A stretch of 63,203 nucleotides of DNA, the filler included. It is 8 parts of 8 records of this genome, joined end to end, with 100 filler letters (N's around TTAATTAATTAA, not from the genome) between each part and the next. Parts side by side here need not be neighbours in the genome. Positions count along the whole stretch, not along the records: positions 42,777 to 46,760 come from SRR7504441_345; positions 46,861 to 63,203 come from SRR7504441_356; 6 more parts are not named here. One strand, written 5' to 3'. Shown in pieces: positions 44,784-55,196 of the stretch (position 1 is the stretch's first letter; each line of letters starts with the position of its first letter). The notes beneath the pieces were generated by a model. That model searched no databases. It was not told the DNA's origin and saw only the letters and a program-made list of their open reading frames with translations. The position numbers were made by a program, and so were the translations under genes.

Positions 44784-45674
44784 TCAAAATGATGCCGGCT
44801 CGTCAGGCTCCGGCTCTCCAACAAGATCTAGCAAGTCGTTGGTCCCCGACCGGTTCCGGACATCCTGCGCCAGCCCCAGACTCAGTCGCCCGGGGCGGTT
44901 GTCGGGCCGGCTCACATTAGTGAACATCATGTCTCCATCCGTGTTGGGCTGCTGGATCACCAAAACACTCAATCACACAGCGCTCAGTGCACCCACCTGA
45001 TGCGAAGGCTCCGGCTCGCTCGGGGAATCTGGGTACATCCCCTCCACCAGAGCATCCATGCTGTCCTTCCGCACGTGCGTCTGGCCGCAGTGAGCCGAGC
45101 GCAGACCGCAGGCGCACCGATCTTGACCCAGATGACACGCCCGACGGCTTCTCTGGGCTCCCGAACAAGTCGACCTCCGGCGATGGCGGGCCCGGCTGCG
45201 ACTCCATCCGGGGCGGCGGCTTTACCTTCGGAGGTGCTTGCCGCGGGGCCGGCTGCTGTCTCCGAGGTGCTGAATTGTTTTGCTGGGGCGTGGGCGGCTT
45301 GCGGGGGGCGCTTGAGACCGCACCTGTCGGGGGTCAGCCACTACTAGCGCTTCGTAAGCGGGGGGGCGGTCGCTTACTCAGCGGGAGCACGCGCATGGAT
45401 ATCTTGCCCTCGCAGATCGGGACCTTGCGGTTCAAGTCGGTCAGGTCGAGCCAGACGTAGCCGAAAGCGTCGTACTTGATTTTGAACCGGAAGCTGCCCC
45501 CCGGCCCGGTCGGCAAGCCGGTCGGCCGGCCGGTCACTGGAAATCTCCGTTGAGCGGGAACGCGTCGGCGATGTCGCCCACCAGGATCGCGTCGAGCGGC
45601 TTGTGCAGGATGAACGCGTTCGGGTGGTCCGGGTCGTCGCGGTCGCCGATCACTGTGTAATGAACGAGTGACAT
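44784..45674 (-). CDS. DIX-like domain protein with a Pro-rich disordered tail; 4-5 introns
   Basis: Spliced HPNAF...ILVGDIADAFPLNGDFHFRFK...GYVWLDL...VPICEGKISMRVL is a DIX-type pattern. The tail carries DLFG and DLLDL. Confidence 0.75.
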
Positions 45675-45870
45675 GGCTAGCCCGGACACCGCTCCCTCAG
45701 TCCGGACCGCGACCTCGACAACACAGCCGCGCTGGAGCTGAAGCCTGTGCGGGGAACGCCAGTAAGCTCGGCGCGCTCCAGCTGGCAACGGAATCCAACG
45801 GCGTCATGCCCCTCGGTGCCGGTCTGCCTGACCTCTTGGCCGTCCTCTGAGCCCGTGTGGCAGGGCTCTG

Positions 45871-46418
45871 ATGGACACCCCCACCCGCTGCCCGATCCCC
45901 TCGCCGGACCCGGCCAACACCAACAGAAAGCGCCAGCGCGAGCCCAAGCCCAACCTCTCGCGCAACCTCTCTGCCGAGCGCAGCCGGCTCCGGCTCACTC
46001 CGACTCAGGCCACGGCCACCGCGCCGAGCGGCCTCGCTGGGTCGGACGGCAAGCCCCGGCGGGTGGTGCTCGACTTCGGCTCGCCGCCGGAGCCGCGGCC
46101 TTGTGCGCCGCCCGAGCCGCGGTCGGACGACGAGGACGGCTGGTACGGGGGCTGCGCGTCGGATGCCGCGCTCCCGTGGGAGAACGAGCTGCTCGAGGTG
46201 TGTCCGGAACGAGCCGGGCGATGGGCTGACCGCGGGTGGGGCAGCTGTATCGCAAGCCCGGCACCATCACAGTGAGAGGCTTGCGCCAGGTCGGCAAGAT
46301 CGACACTTTGCGGAACGGCCAGCTGGTGCTCGGAGCAGGGGTTCAGTACTTTCTGAAGCGCGAGCCTGTGCTTGAACGGCTAGTCCATGAGGGGGCTCTC
46401 CAGCAGATTTGGCAATAG
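45871..46418 (+). CDS. Hypothetical protein, 1 intron
   Basis: MDTPTR...WENELLE|gtgtgt...gggcag|LYRKPGTITV...QQIWQ*. Tandem CAACGG upstream. Confidence 0.45.
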
Positions 46419-46760
46419 GAGCCATGCATGAGGCCTGGAGTCATTTATCTTTCATCACACGATTGGGAACGATTGGGATAGTACTTATACAGTAACTGAG
46501 TTCAGTATTTACGGTTCATGCATGTGCAATTACGTGCAATAAGGCCGTAGAGTACGCAGGCAGCTAGCCGGCTGAGCAGACAAATGAAACCTCATTATAA
46601 ACTATCATAACTTATGCATCATCATGAGTCATCCGCAGGTCATGCTACGAATGCTAGCATGCAATGCCAACATGATCGATCATGATGAGTCAGCCCGAAC
46701 ACAAGTATTTGTAGTCGTGCATGTAAGCAGTTTGACGCTGTCAGCAGGGTCCCCGATGTC

Positions 46761-46860
46761 NNNNNNNNNNNNNNNNNNNNNNNNNNNNNNNNNNNNNNNN
46801 NNNNTTAATTAATTAANNNNNNNNNNNNNNNNNNNNNNNNNNNNNNNNNNNNNNNNNNNN
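46761..46860. other. Artificial contig spacer
   Basis: N44-TTAATTAATTAA-N44. Confidence 0.97.
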
Positions 46861-47080
46861 AATCTAGAAAAATGTTTGAAAAACCAGGAGCGGTAAGCGT
46901 GAGCGGTGTGAGCTTCCCAGAACGGAAACTGTGGTAGGAGTTGTCGAAAAAGTGGACGAGGTATCGGCAATCAAAGCCCAGCTCGCCATTTACATATGGT
47001 ACCTGGCCATACTCCATAGTGGTTTCCGCATTGTGCCCAGACGAGATCCCCGATTTGGTGGGTGGGTGGTCCAGGTATCG
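46861..47080 (-). pseudogene. Frameshifted PWWP-like domain fragment
   Basis: One frame gives HQIGDLVWAQCGNHYGVWPGTI; the adjacent frame continues VNGELGFDCRYLVHFFDNSYHSFRSGKLTPL. No usable intron lies between them. Confidence 0.5.
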
Positions 47081-47130
47081 TGGGTCCCTGGTATAGGCGC
47101 TCTGGGTGCGGCTCCGTCCCTAACTTCGAA

Positions 47131-47203
47131 GTCGATGTCGTCTAGTGGTTAGGACGTGAGTTTAACACACTCAAGATCGCCGGTTCAATCCCGGCCATCG
47201 ATA
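47131..47203 (+). tRNA. tRNA-Val (anticodon AAC at 47164-47166)
   Basis: Cloverleaf: acceptor GTCGATG/CATCGAT, D-arm GTC-TAGTGGTTAG-GAC, anticodon stem TGAGT/ACTCA with loop TTAACAC, T-arm GCCGG-TTCAATC-CCGGC, discriminator A. T5 Pol III terminator at 47211-47215. Confidence 0.93.
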
Positions 47204-47629
47204 TGTGCTCTTTTTGGTTGCTCTTTTTGGTTCCTTTCTTGTTTGGTGTTGATTTGGAGGAGTACTATGCAAGTCTATATATATGTAGTCGAGTGCTTGC
47301 TGGCACACCACCGGACTAATTGTGAAACTCTGTTGCACGAAGCACGACGACGAAGCTTCGAAGCTTGAGCCGATCACGGCCGATTCTCGCGATTCTTAGC
47401 CGACAGCTTGATCCGACTCATATCCCTGAAGGACGTATATCGCCAACCCCAACCAAAACGCCAGGGGGTGCTCTGGGTCGGTCTCTGCTCCCTACTAGAG
47501 AGACAGCTGCCAGAACACACACACTAGGCACACACGATTCCGCCTCCTTGATCACAACACGTACGTACACGCTCGGGTTTTTTGAACTTTTTTCTTTGGG
47601 CACAGCCCAACCGACCCTTTGCAAACACA

Positions 47630-48349
47630 ATGTCCACAAGCGAGGACAACGAGTGGGACGGGAGCAACGCCACCAAGGCCTTTGGCAAGCCGCTCTACCC
47701 GCTGATCTCGGTGCCGCTGCTGCTAGCGCTCCGCTGCCTGCTCTGCCGCAAGGAGCTGATCCCGTCGCTGCTCTGCCGGAACGACCTGCTCGAGCCGGCG
47801 CTCTCCCTGCTCGACTACGACGACATCACCGCCTACGGCTTTGTGATCGGTAGCCCGGCCCTCGCCTCCCGGGCGAGCGCGGCCCGGCAGCGGCGATCGT
47901 CAACTTCATGATCCTGCTGCCCTCCAACTTCCTGAACAACCCCTCCATGCACGCCGCCTGGCCCGGTCCGTCCCCCCGCCCCCCCCCCCGGGCCTCTCAA
48001 CCCGACGCAGGCCTATTCGGCCGGCCGGGCTGCGTCGGGTTTCTGTTCTGGGGGCTCGCCTACCTCTCGGTGGCCCGGAGCTACACCCAGGTCCCGTGCC
48101 TGGTCCTCGTGTTCGCGCTACAGAAGCTCTACTTCGTGCTGGCCTCCTACACGCTCGGCGCGGCCTCCGCCGGGGACGGCTCCAGCTGGCTGGCCCGGCA
48201 CTTCGAGATCAAGGCCGCCGCCAGCGTCCAGCCTGCCTACTTCGGGTGCGCCAAGGCCGGGTCTGCTCGAGCCGGGGGCCAGGCTGATCGAGGGCGGGCT
48301 CTGCCTGTTCTTCTTCCGGGTCTGGCTGCGGCTCTCGTTCGGCTACTGA
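47630..48349 (+). CDS. Multi-pass membrane protein of unknown function, about 3 introns
   Basis: Spliced hydrophobic segments YGFVI|AAIVNFMILL, FLFWGLAYLSVARSY..VPCLVLVFALQKLYF, YFG|LIEGGLCLFFFRVW...*. Confidence 0.6.
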
Positions 48350-48808
48350 GCTCCGACGTCGGGCACCGGAGCGGCGCAAGCATGCAGCCGGGGGCCGAAG
48401 ACGACAAGACCCGGGTCGGCTGTTGCTCGCAAAGCTGACTGTTCAAGATAGATTTTTGTTCTCTATAGCTTAGTCTGCATATAGTCCCTACCAAGTACAC
48501 ACGTGGCTTGAAGAGGAGTCGTACTCGCGCATCGAACACGCATGCCACCGTTCTGACCTGTTCATCATGCCATTGCACTGATCCTCGTGCCGGTCAGCGT
48601 GCAGCGTTTTACGAGTACGTACGAGTACTGTATCAAGTCCGAATCAGTTCGAGTGACCCTCACCGCGTCATTGCGCATTACGTGCACGCATCGTTCGTTC
48701 ATCGACTCAGTCAAGCCCATAGTCCAACTTTATTATAATAAACATTACATGTACATATTCCCGACTTCTCACACAGAGTGCAACCGGCCTGTGCTCGCAT
48801 CATCCCAC

Positions 48809-49567
48809 TCATGCCGAGGTGTCCGGCTCGGCGGCTGCCTCGGCGCCGGGCTCTGTGGCTGCTTCGGCGGCTGCTCCGGCGTCGGGTTCGGCATCGGCCT
48901 CGCCGGCTGCCTCGGCATCGGCATCCTCCAATGCAGCTTTCAGATCTAAAGACTTGCTTCGCCTGTGCTCAGCTACTCCGGCTGCAGGCTCGGCATCGCC
49001 GGCTGGCTCGGCCGTGGGTAGGCTAACCTCCGGGAGCACTTCCTCCAGGCCCGCAGGTAGCGACAGCGCGCTCATGTCGTCGATCTGGTTCTCTTGCAAA
49101 TAGAGGCGCTTCAGCCCCTCGGGCAGGGTCAGCGCCGACACGTCAGTGATCTGGTTGGCGTGCAGGTGCAGCACCTTGAGTCCGTTGGGCAGGACCAGCC
49201 CGGACACGTCAGCGATCTGGTTGGCCTCCAAGTATAGCTCCTGAAGCCCCTCCGGAAGGCTCAGCCCGGACACGTCAGCGATCTGGTTATTGTTCAAACG
49301 GAGCTTCTCCAGCCCGTCTGGGAGGCTCAGCCCCGACACGTCGCCGATCTTGTTGCCGTTCAGATCTAGCGTCCGCAGCCCCTCTGTCGGCAGCGCCAGC
49401 CCCGACACGTCGGAGATCCGGTTGGCGCTCAGGTCCAGCGTCGCGAGCTCTTCTGGCCAAGGCAGACCGGCCGGGACCGCCCGGACGCCCTTGCCGCCGA
49501 GCTGGCCTTCCTGCCACCCGGCCTGCGAAATGCCGTGCATGATCCGGAACTCAGCAAGTGCAGCCAT
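48809..49567 (-). CDS. Leucine-rich repeat protein (six 22-aa repeats) with an acidic Ala-rich tail
   Basis: LxxLxLxxNxIxDVSGLxLPxG repeated six times. Confidence 0.88.
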   Translation of the reverse strand: MAALAEFRIMHGISQAGWQEGQLGGKGVRAVPAGLPWPEELATLDLSANRISDVSGLALPTEGLRTLDLNGNKIGDVSGLSLPDGLEKLRLNNNQIADVSGLSLPEGLQELYLEANQIADVSGLVLPNGLKVLHLHANQITDVSALTLPEGLKRLYLQENQIDDMSALSLPAGLEEVLPEVSLPTAEPAGDAEPAAGVAEHRRSKSLDLKAALEDADAEAAGEADAEPDAGAAAEAATEPGAEAAAEPDTSA

Positions 49568-49639
49568 CTCTCAGGCTGTACACACAGTCCACACCACAAC
49601 GGCCCAACTGCCGGCCCTGCGCCAGCTGCCAGCCAGTGA

Positions 49640-50298
49640 ATGGGGGGCAAGCAGTGCTGCTGGATCCGGGACACGACCCCGAAACGGAGCAACTTCGAGC
49701 TCCCGGCGCGGATCAACCGGTGGTCTGGGCGAGGGCCGTGGGCTGAGCCCCGGGCAGGATCGGCCACACGGTCACCGGAGAGCAGATCCTGGTCTACCGC
49801 AAGTTCGCCCGACGGATAGAGCGGCTGTTCAGCCAAGCGTGCGTCCTGTGGCGCAGCCAGGCCTGGGACGAGGCCCCAACAGCCGGGCCGCGCTCAGCAG
49901 ACAGTGAACCCGGCCCGGATCCGCCCCCCGAGCGGTGCCCGCGGGGCGATTGGATAGAACGGCCGGCACTGCTCCGGTGCGCCGGCGGGCGGCTGGGTCA
50001 GAGGTGCTGGGCCAGGTACTGGGGATCGGCCGAGCGGCTGGTGGCAGTGCTGGAGCAGCTGCCGGCGGGGCGGGAGGCTGTGCTTGAGGGGAGCAGGGAC
50101 CGGTGTATCGTGCGGCTTGCTGGATGGGAGAAGCTTATGCTGCAGCAGATCCGGCAGTGCGGGGTTGGGTGCAGACACTGGCCGATGGTTGGGGATTGGT
50201 GTGCCGAGTGCGCTGAGGCCGAATTTGGGAGTTGGTGGCGTGAGGTGGAGACAGTGTTCAATGCAAACTCTACGTATTCACAGCTCGATGAGAGTTAG
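49640..50298 (+). CDS. Hypothetical spliced protein with possible N-terminal acylation motif (MGGKQCC)
   Basis: ATG 72 bp from the divergent LRR start with CAACGG in between; GT-AG intron-like segments. Exon structure uncertain. Confidence 0.35.
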
Positions 50299-50457
50299 TT
50301 GGCTATCCCCGTCTCTTTGTTTTATAAAATGCTTATTAGGTTGTATCTTACTTGAGGAAGCGTATCTTTTCGGGGTCCAATGTACACCTGCTGTACATTA
50401 CCGAGTGGCATATCACAAACCAGTGCGCAGACTGTTCCGCACACAAGTAAATTGTAG

Positions 50458-52263
50458 TCATCGACGGAATTCATTTGCCGATCGGGCTGCCTGACGGAAC
50501 TCCTGGCTACAAGTCTTAGTACTTGTACTAGGAGTACATGTATACAAAATTCCGCAAGGTGTTAAAAGTACAGGTTGACATGCATATCTTTCCGAATTTA
50601 CTTCAACTCGACTCAAACTAGATAAAGCGCGCGTGCACTCGCACAGTCCGCCATCAGTCAGGTTGTGCCAATTGTGATCACGACGTGAATGCATTACGCC
50701 AAGCTGCGAGCAAGCGACTAGCGAGCGGTGGAGCCATACCTGCCAGTCAGGTCAGCACTTACCCGGAGCTCGAGCCCACTTTTTGAGGATAACTGTCTTG
50801 TAAAAGTCCACGATCCCTTCGAGAGCACCCCTGCAGAGCATTGGCCTACGCACAGCCACACGAGCAGCAGCGTCACCTGATCTCGTGCTTGGAGAGCAGG
50901 CCGTCCTCGTCCTTGTCCTGCATCGCGTGGTTCATCATCAACCGGAACAGCTCCATCACCTGTATCACACTCACCACGCCCAGCTCTGGCATCCACCTGT
51001 GTGTCTGTTACACTCGCCCCGGAACCGTCCATCACTCGCCGGGTGAGCAACGCAATCTCCTCTGGCATCAGCACCTGCCAATTCCGTTAACTGACACGCC
51101 CGATAATGATCTGGTTACGCCGTCTGAGTCGAGGTCATAGTCGGCGTACAACGACTCCACAACCTCGGCCACAGGCTGGACACGCTCAGGCTTGTCGGGG
51201 ATGCTCGCCCCCGCCAGGCTGGCCCTGACCAACGGCAATCAGCGGCCCAGCAGCCTCGGGCGCACCGGAAGCTCCTGAAGACTGGGCAGATTCGATCAAG
51301 TCCATTCAGCAGCTCGTTGCTGCCGCTCGCGCTCAGCTATCAACAGCCGATCGCCGCGCACCGGCCGATGGTGCCGTCGGTACTCTGGTCTTTGAGCAGC
51401 GTTTTGGCCGCCCGGAGCACAGTCTGGTCCGGGATCGTTTGACCTAAACCCGGCTGACCGGCTGGGATGGTCGGAAGCCACCGGCGATCCGCTCGGCCAG
51501 CCGCAGCACCAGCAGCACCGCTTCCTCCACCTGAAGCGTCCCGGAGCTGTCCACGTCAAACTGCGCGCCGTGGTCAGACTAGGGCCCGACCCGGAGCCGA
51601 CCTGCCCAAACAGCTCGAGCGCGACGTTCATTTCATTGGAAGAAACGCCGATCGGCTTGGGCAGCTCTGTGTTGGTTGACGGCTCGACCAGCTCCGGGTG
51701 CGGCAGCGGCAGCCCGCCCTGGCGCAGGTGCATGGCCATGTACTGGCACGGAGTCTTGTCTGTGGGCCGGTGCCGGACCACGGCGTACAGCGCTTGTGAG
51801 ACGGCAGCGAGCAGCTCGGGTGGCAGGCTCTCGGTTGCCGGTGGGCCGGCTGCGGCGACGTCCGGGCCAGCGCTCGGCATGGCCATGTCGAAGGCAGTCC
51901 GGCCGTTATTGTCCGTTGCGTTCACGTCGGCCTTCTGCTCGATCAGCGCGCTCACTAAGGAGTGGTTGCCCCTGCCCCCCGGGTGAGCAACGGCGAACCG
52001 GTACCAGCTCACCGCTCTACCGCCACCATTAGCGGGGTGATCCCCTCGCTGTCCGCCGCGTTCACCGACATGCCTTCCGCTGTTAGAATCCCCAGGCAGC
52101 AGTCGGCGTCCCCGTTGGCGGCCGCCTTGCGCAGCGAGGCCCAGCAGTCCACCCCGATGTTGCTGGTGGCGCGCATCAGCCCCCCGAGCCCGGAGGACGG
52201 CGCCGGGGTGTCGTTGCGCATCTCCTTGCGCGCCGCGGCCATCATCGAACGCTTGAGCGCCAT
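50458..52263 (-). CDS. Ankyrin-repeat + Dpy-30/RIIa-like + EF-hand protein, multi-exon (3' end uncertain)
   Basis: Ankyrin: AAANGD...VNAADSEGITPLMVA|GN...ADVNATDNNGRTAFDMA. AVSQALYAVVRHRP...PCQYMAMHL. EF-hand-like YDLDSDG and QDKDEDGLLSKHE. Confidence 0.65.
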
Positions 52264-52356
52264 CGCTTCAACCCTCTCGAGACGGCACGGCGAGGCCAAC
52301 CGTGCAACGGATTCTGGCGGTGTGGAGCGGTGACTTGGTCGTCCTCCGCTGGGGCC

Positions 52357-53644
52357 ATGTCGGTTTCAGCGGACGAGTCGCTCCGGGAGGCGGAGGCGGC
52401 CTGGCATCGCGGGGAGCACCAGGCGGCGCTCGACCACTACGACCGGGCGTTGGCCGAGCTCGAGCGCTCCGGGGACCACGAACGGGCCGGGATGGTCTGC
52501 ATGGGCAAGGGGTTCGCGCTGGTGAATATCGGCCGGTTCGAGGAAGCCGCCCCGTGCCTCGACCGGGCCGAGGCGATCGCCCGCCAGCAGGGTAATGCGG
52601 CCCAGGCCAGTTTCGTGGCCAGTTTTGCCAGCTCCACGCGGCAGCGAGCCGCCGAGGTGCCCTGAGCCGACCCGGCCGCCCAACGGGTGGGCAGGCGGCG
52701 GGCGAGGGCAAGGCCTTGGCTGAAGACGCGGTGAAGACGGCTTTGGCCACCGCTTCGGTGCAGCGGTGTGTGCGGCTGTCGGCTGAGGCTGAGGGGGCGC
52801 AGCTTCCGTGTGTTGCTGGTACTCAGCGGATCCCCTGCGGACGCGGCGGGCACCCCGGCCGAGCAGCTGGTGGCTGGGCTCGAGAAGGCGAGGGTGCGGT
52901 TCGAATACATTGATGCGGCGACCGACGAGCGGTGCGTTCGCCCTGAGGCTCGGCTCTCACAGGCTCCGCAGGCTGTTGCAAGCGTTCTGCCAGCTCTGCG
53001 GCTCCGAGCAGCTGCCGCAGCTCTACCTGTGCGGTGGGTGGGCCGGCCCGGCTGGTCGGAGGTCTGACAGGTACGCTGTGGCCCGAAGCGGCCGAGAGCT
53101 CACCAGAGCAGTTTGAGGTGAGCCCACGGGCCGGGCCCGCGTTCACACATGAGGCAGCCGGCATTGCGCGCTGAGCTGGAGGCGCGCGGGCTGGCGGGGG
53201 AAGAACTGGACGGGCTGTTCTCGGAGGAGCATAAGTGTGACAAGACCGAGCACGACCTGGAGCACAAGGCCAAGGTGGGCCGGTGCTGAGCCAGGCTAGG
53301 AGCCCGAGCAGGTGAAGAGGGCCGTGGAGCATTGCCTGCAAGAACACGGGCTGACCGTCGGTGCGCCAGACCAGCCGATCCCGTTCGAGCCCGGGAGCGA
53401 GCAGCAGTTTATAGCGCGGCTGTCCAGCCATTTGGGCGGGTTCGGTTTGCCTGAGTCGCTGCTCGAGAGTAGCACCAGCGTAGATAGTCTTGTCGAGTAT
53501 GTGCTCGCCAACTGCGAGGCTGAGGGCGACTGCGATAAGTGGCCGGCCGGGCGGCAGCCGGGCGTGAGCGGGCGCAGGTGTCCGGTCCAGGAGGATTGCA
53601 AGGCGCACAGCTTGGGGCTGCCGGTGGACATTGAGGAGGTGTGA
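52357..53644 (+). CDS. TPR + glutaredoxin-like domain protein, 6 introns
   Basis: TPR helices (AEAAWHRGEHQAALDHYDRAL, GFALVNIGRFEEAAPCLDRA). Grx-like VLLVLSGSP...VRFEYIDA...LPQLYLCG lacking the CGFS motif. Ends DIEEV*. Confidence 0.6.
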
Positions 53645-54091
53645 TCCCTAAGGGGAGCGGTTGGGGATTAGGCTGGGCCAGGTTCTCAATTGCGACAAGG
53701 CCACGCACGAAGATGCATCCAAACGCGCAACAGGCGCAGCGGTGCAGTTGGTGATGGAGGAGGCCGCGGCTTAGAGATGCCTGCAGTTGCTCAAATGTTC
53801 GCTCTTCACGCGTTCATTCATCCCTGAGTTCCATCTGCTATCCATTTGAGGATAGAAGTCATGCACACGAGTGTGCGTATTAATTAATGAGTGCCCTAAG
53901 CACCATCAGTGATGGATTCATGAAAAATATTCATGTGATCAATCGATTCCAGGCGGTCGGTTTGACGGCGTCATCGAGTCCTCAGTTCTTTTGTTTCGTT
54001 GTTTGTCTCAAACTCTCAGTGACTAAGTCCGCTCAGGTTTCAGTAAAAGAGTTCGGTAGAAAGTCGTTGATCTAAACGTGGCGGGAGAGGA

Positions 54092-54800
54092 ATGGAGCTT
54101 TCGCAGGTCTCTGGGCGGCGAGCGCTGGCACCGACTGGCACGGCAGGTGCGGTCGATGCTGCAGCAGCGGATGCAGGTCTGAACGCGCTAGGGCTGCCCC
54201 GCCGCCCTGGCAGTTACCTGACTGGTCTGGCCGCTTCCGCCTGATGGACTGTTTGCGGGCCGGACTGAACGGCTGGGGGCAGAGCAAGCTGCTTCAGGAC
54301 AAGACCTCGCTCAGGCAGCTCTGGCACCGATTCGACCGCGACCGCAAAGGGTTTCTCGGGGTGGATCGTGACTCATTGTTTAATATCTTTGCTGGACTGG
54401 GCGTCTTAGTCACCAAGGTAGAGATCCATGAAATCCTGGCACACTTGGACCCTCTCGGCAAAGGTAAGCTTTCGTATGAAGATCGATGACTGGGTCTCCC
54501 CAGGCCAAACTATCACCGTTGCCAGGTGGGGTGCCAAGGCAACGGTCATTCAAGCCCACCTGGAAACAAGACCCGTACCTAGGCACGCCTGGGAACGGGC
54601 AGATACGCCATCGCAGCAATATCAATGCGCCCTCTGCAACTGTGCCCAAGCCTATTGCTGCGAGACACTTCATCGACGGTAGAAGCACGGTGAACCTCAA
54701 GCCAATTGGATCATTTGGAGGAGCCGGAGAATGTACCCATGAAGGTTGGCTTGGCGGTGCCGACCGCACCTGTAATGCTCTAACGATGCAACCAATCTAA
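54092..54800 (+). CDS. EF-hand protein (3' structure ambiguous, possible frame break)
   Basis: FDRDRKGFLGVD and LDPLGKGKLSYED EF-hand pair. Short 5' exons begin at ATG 54092. Confidence 0.55.
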
Positions 54801-55196
54801 CCATTTTGTATCGGACCACTATAAAATTGATATCTAACATTTGATGTACTACTAATTACATAGTACTAACATAGTACATTGACATAGCCATGATTTAATA
54901 ATTATGTACTCGTAGCGACAAATCTGATCGATGTGTTAATTAATGAATCATTTCGTTATTGCCCCCAAATTTATTACAGATTTATTACATTGCCGAACGT
55001 TCAAGTGCAACAAATGCAACAAGATTCACTTGTGCTTACTGGTGCTTCCCTACGCTTCCTAATGGTAGACAGTCATGATGTCCAGTGATGTCCAGTTAAG
55101 TACTAACCGGTTGGACAGTAGCTGGACAGTGTACATGTCCATGAGTGTCGTACTATTATAGTAAGTTGGCGCTAGCTCGAGATTATTGTTGGTTCT

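Noticed and set aside
9782..46860. Recurrent TTAATTAATTAA palindrome as a biological repeat
   Set aside because: Always centred in a 100-nt N spacer; it is a six-frame stop linker used to concatenate contigs.
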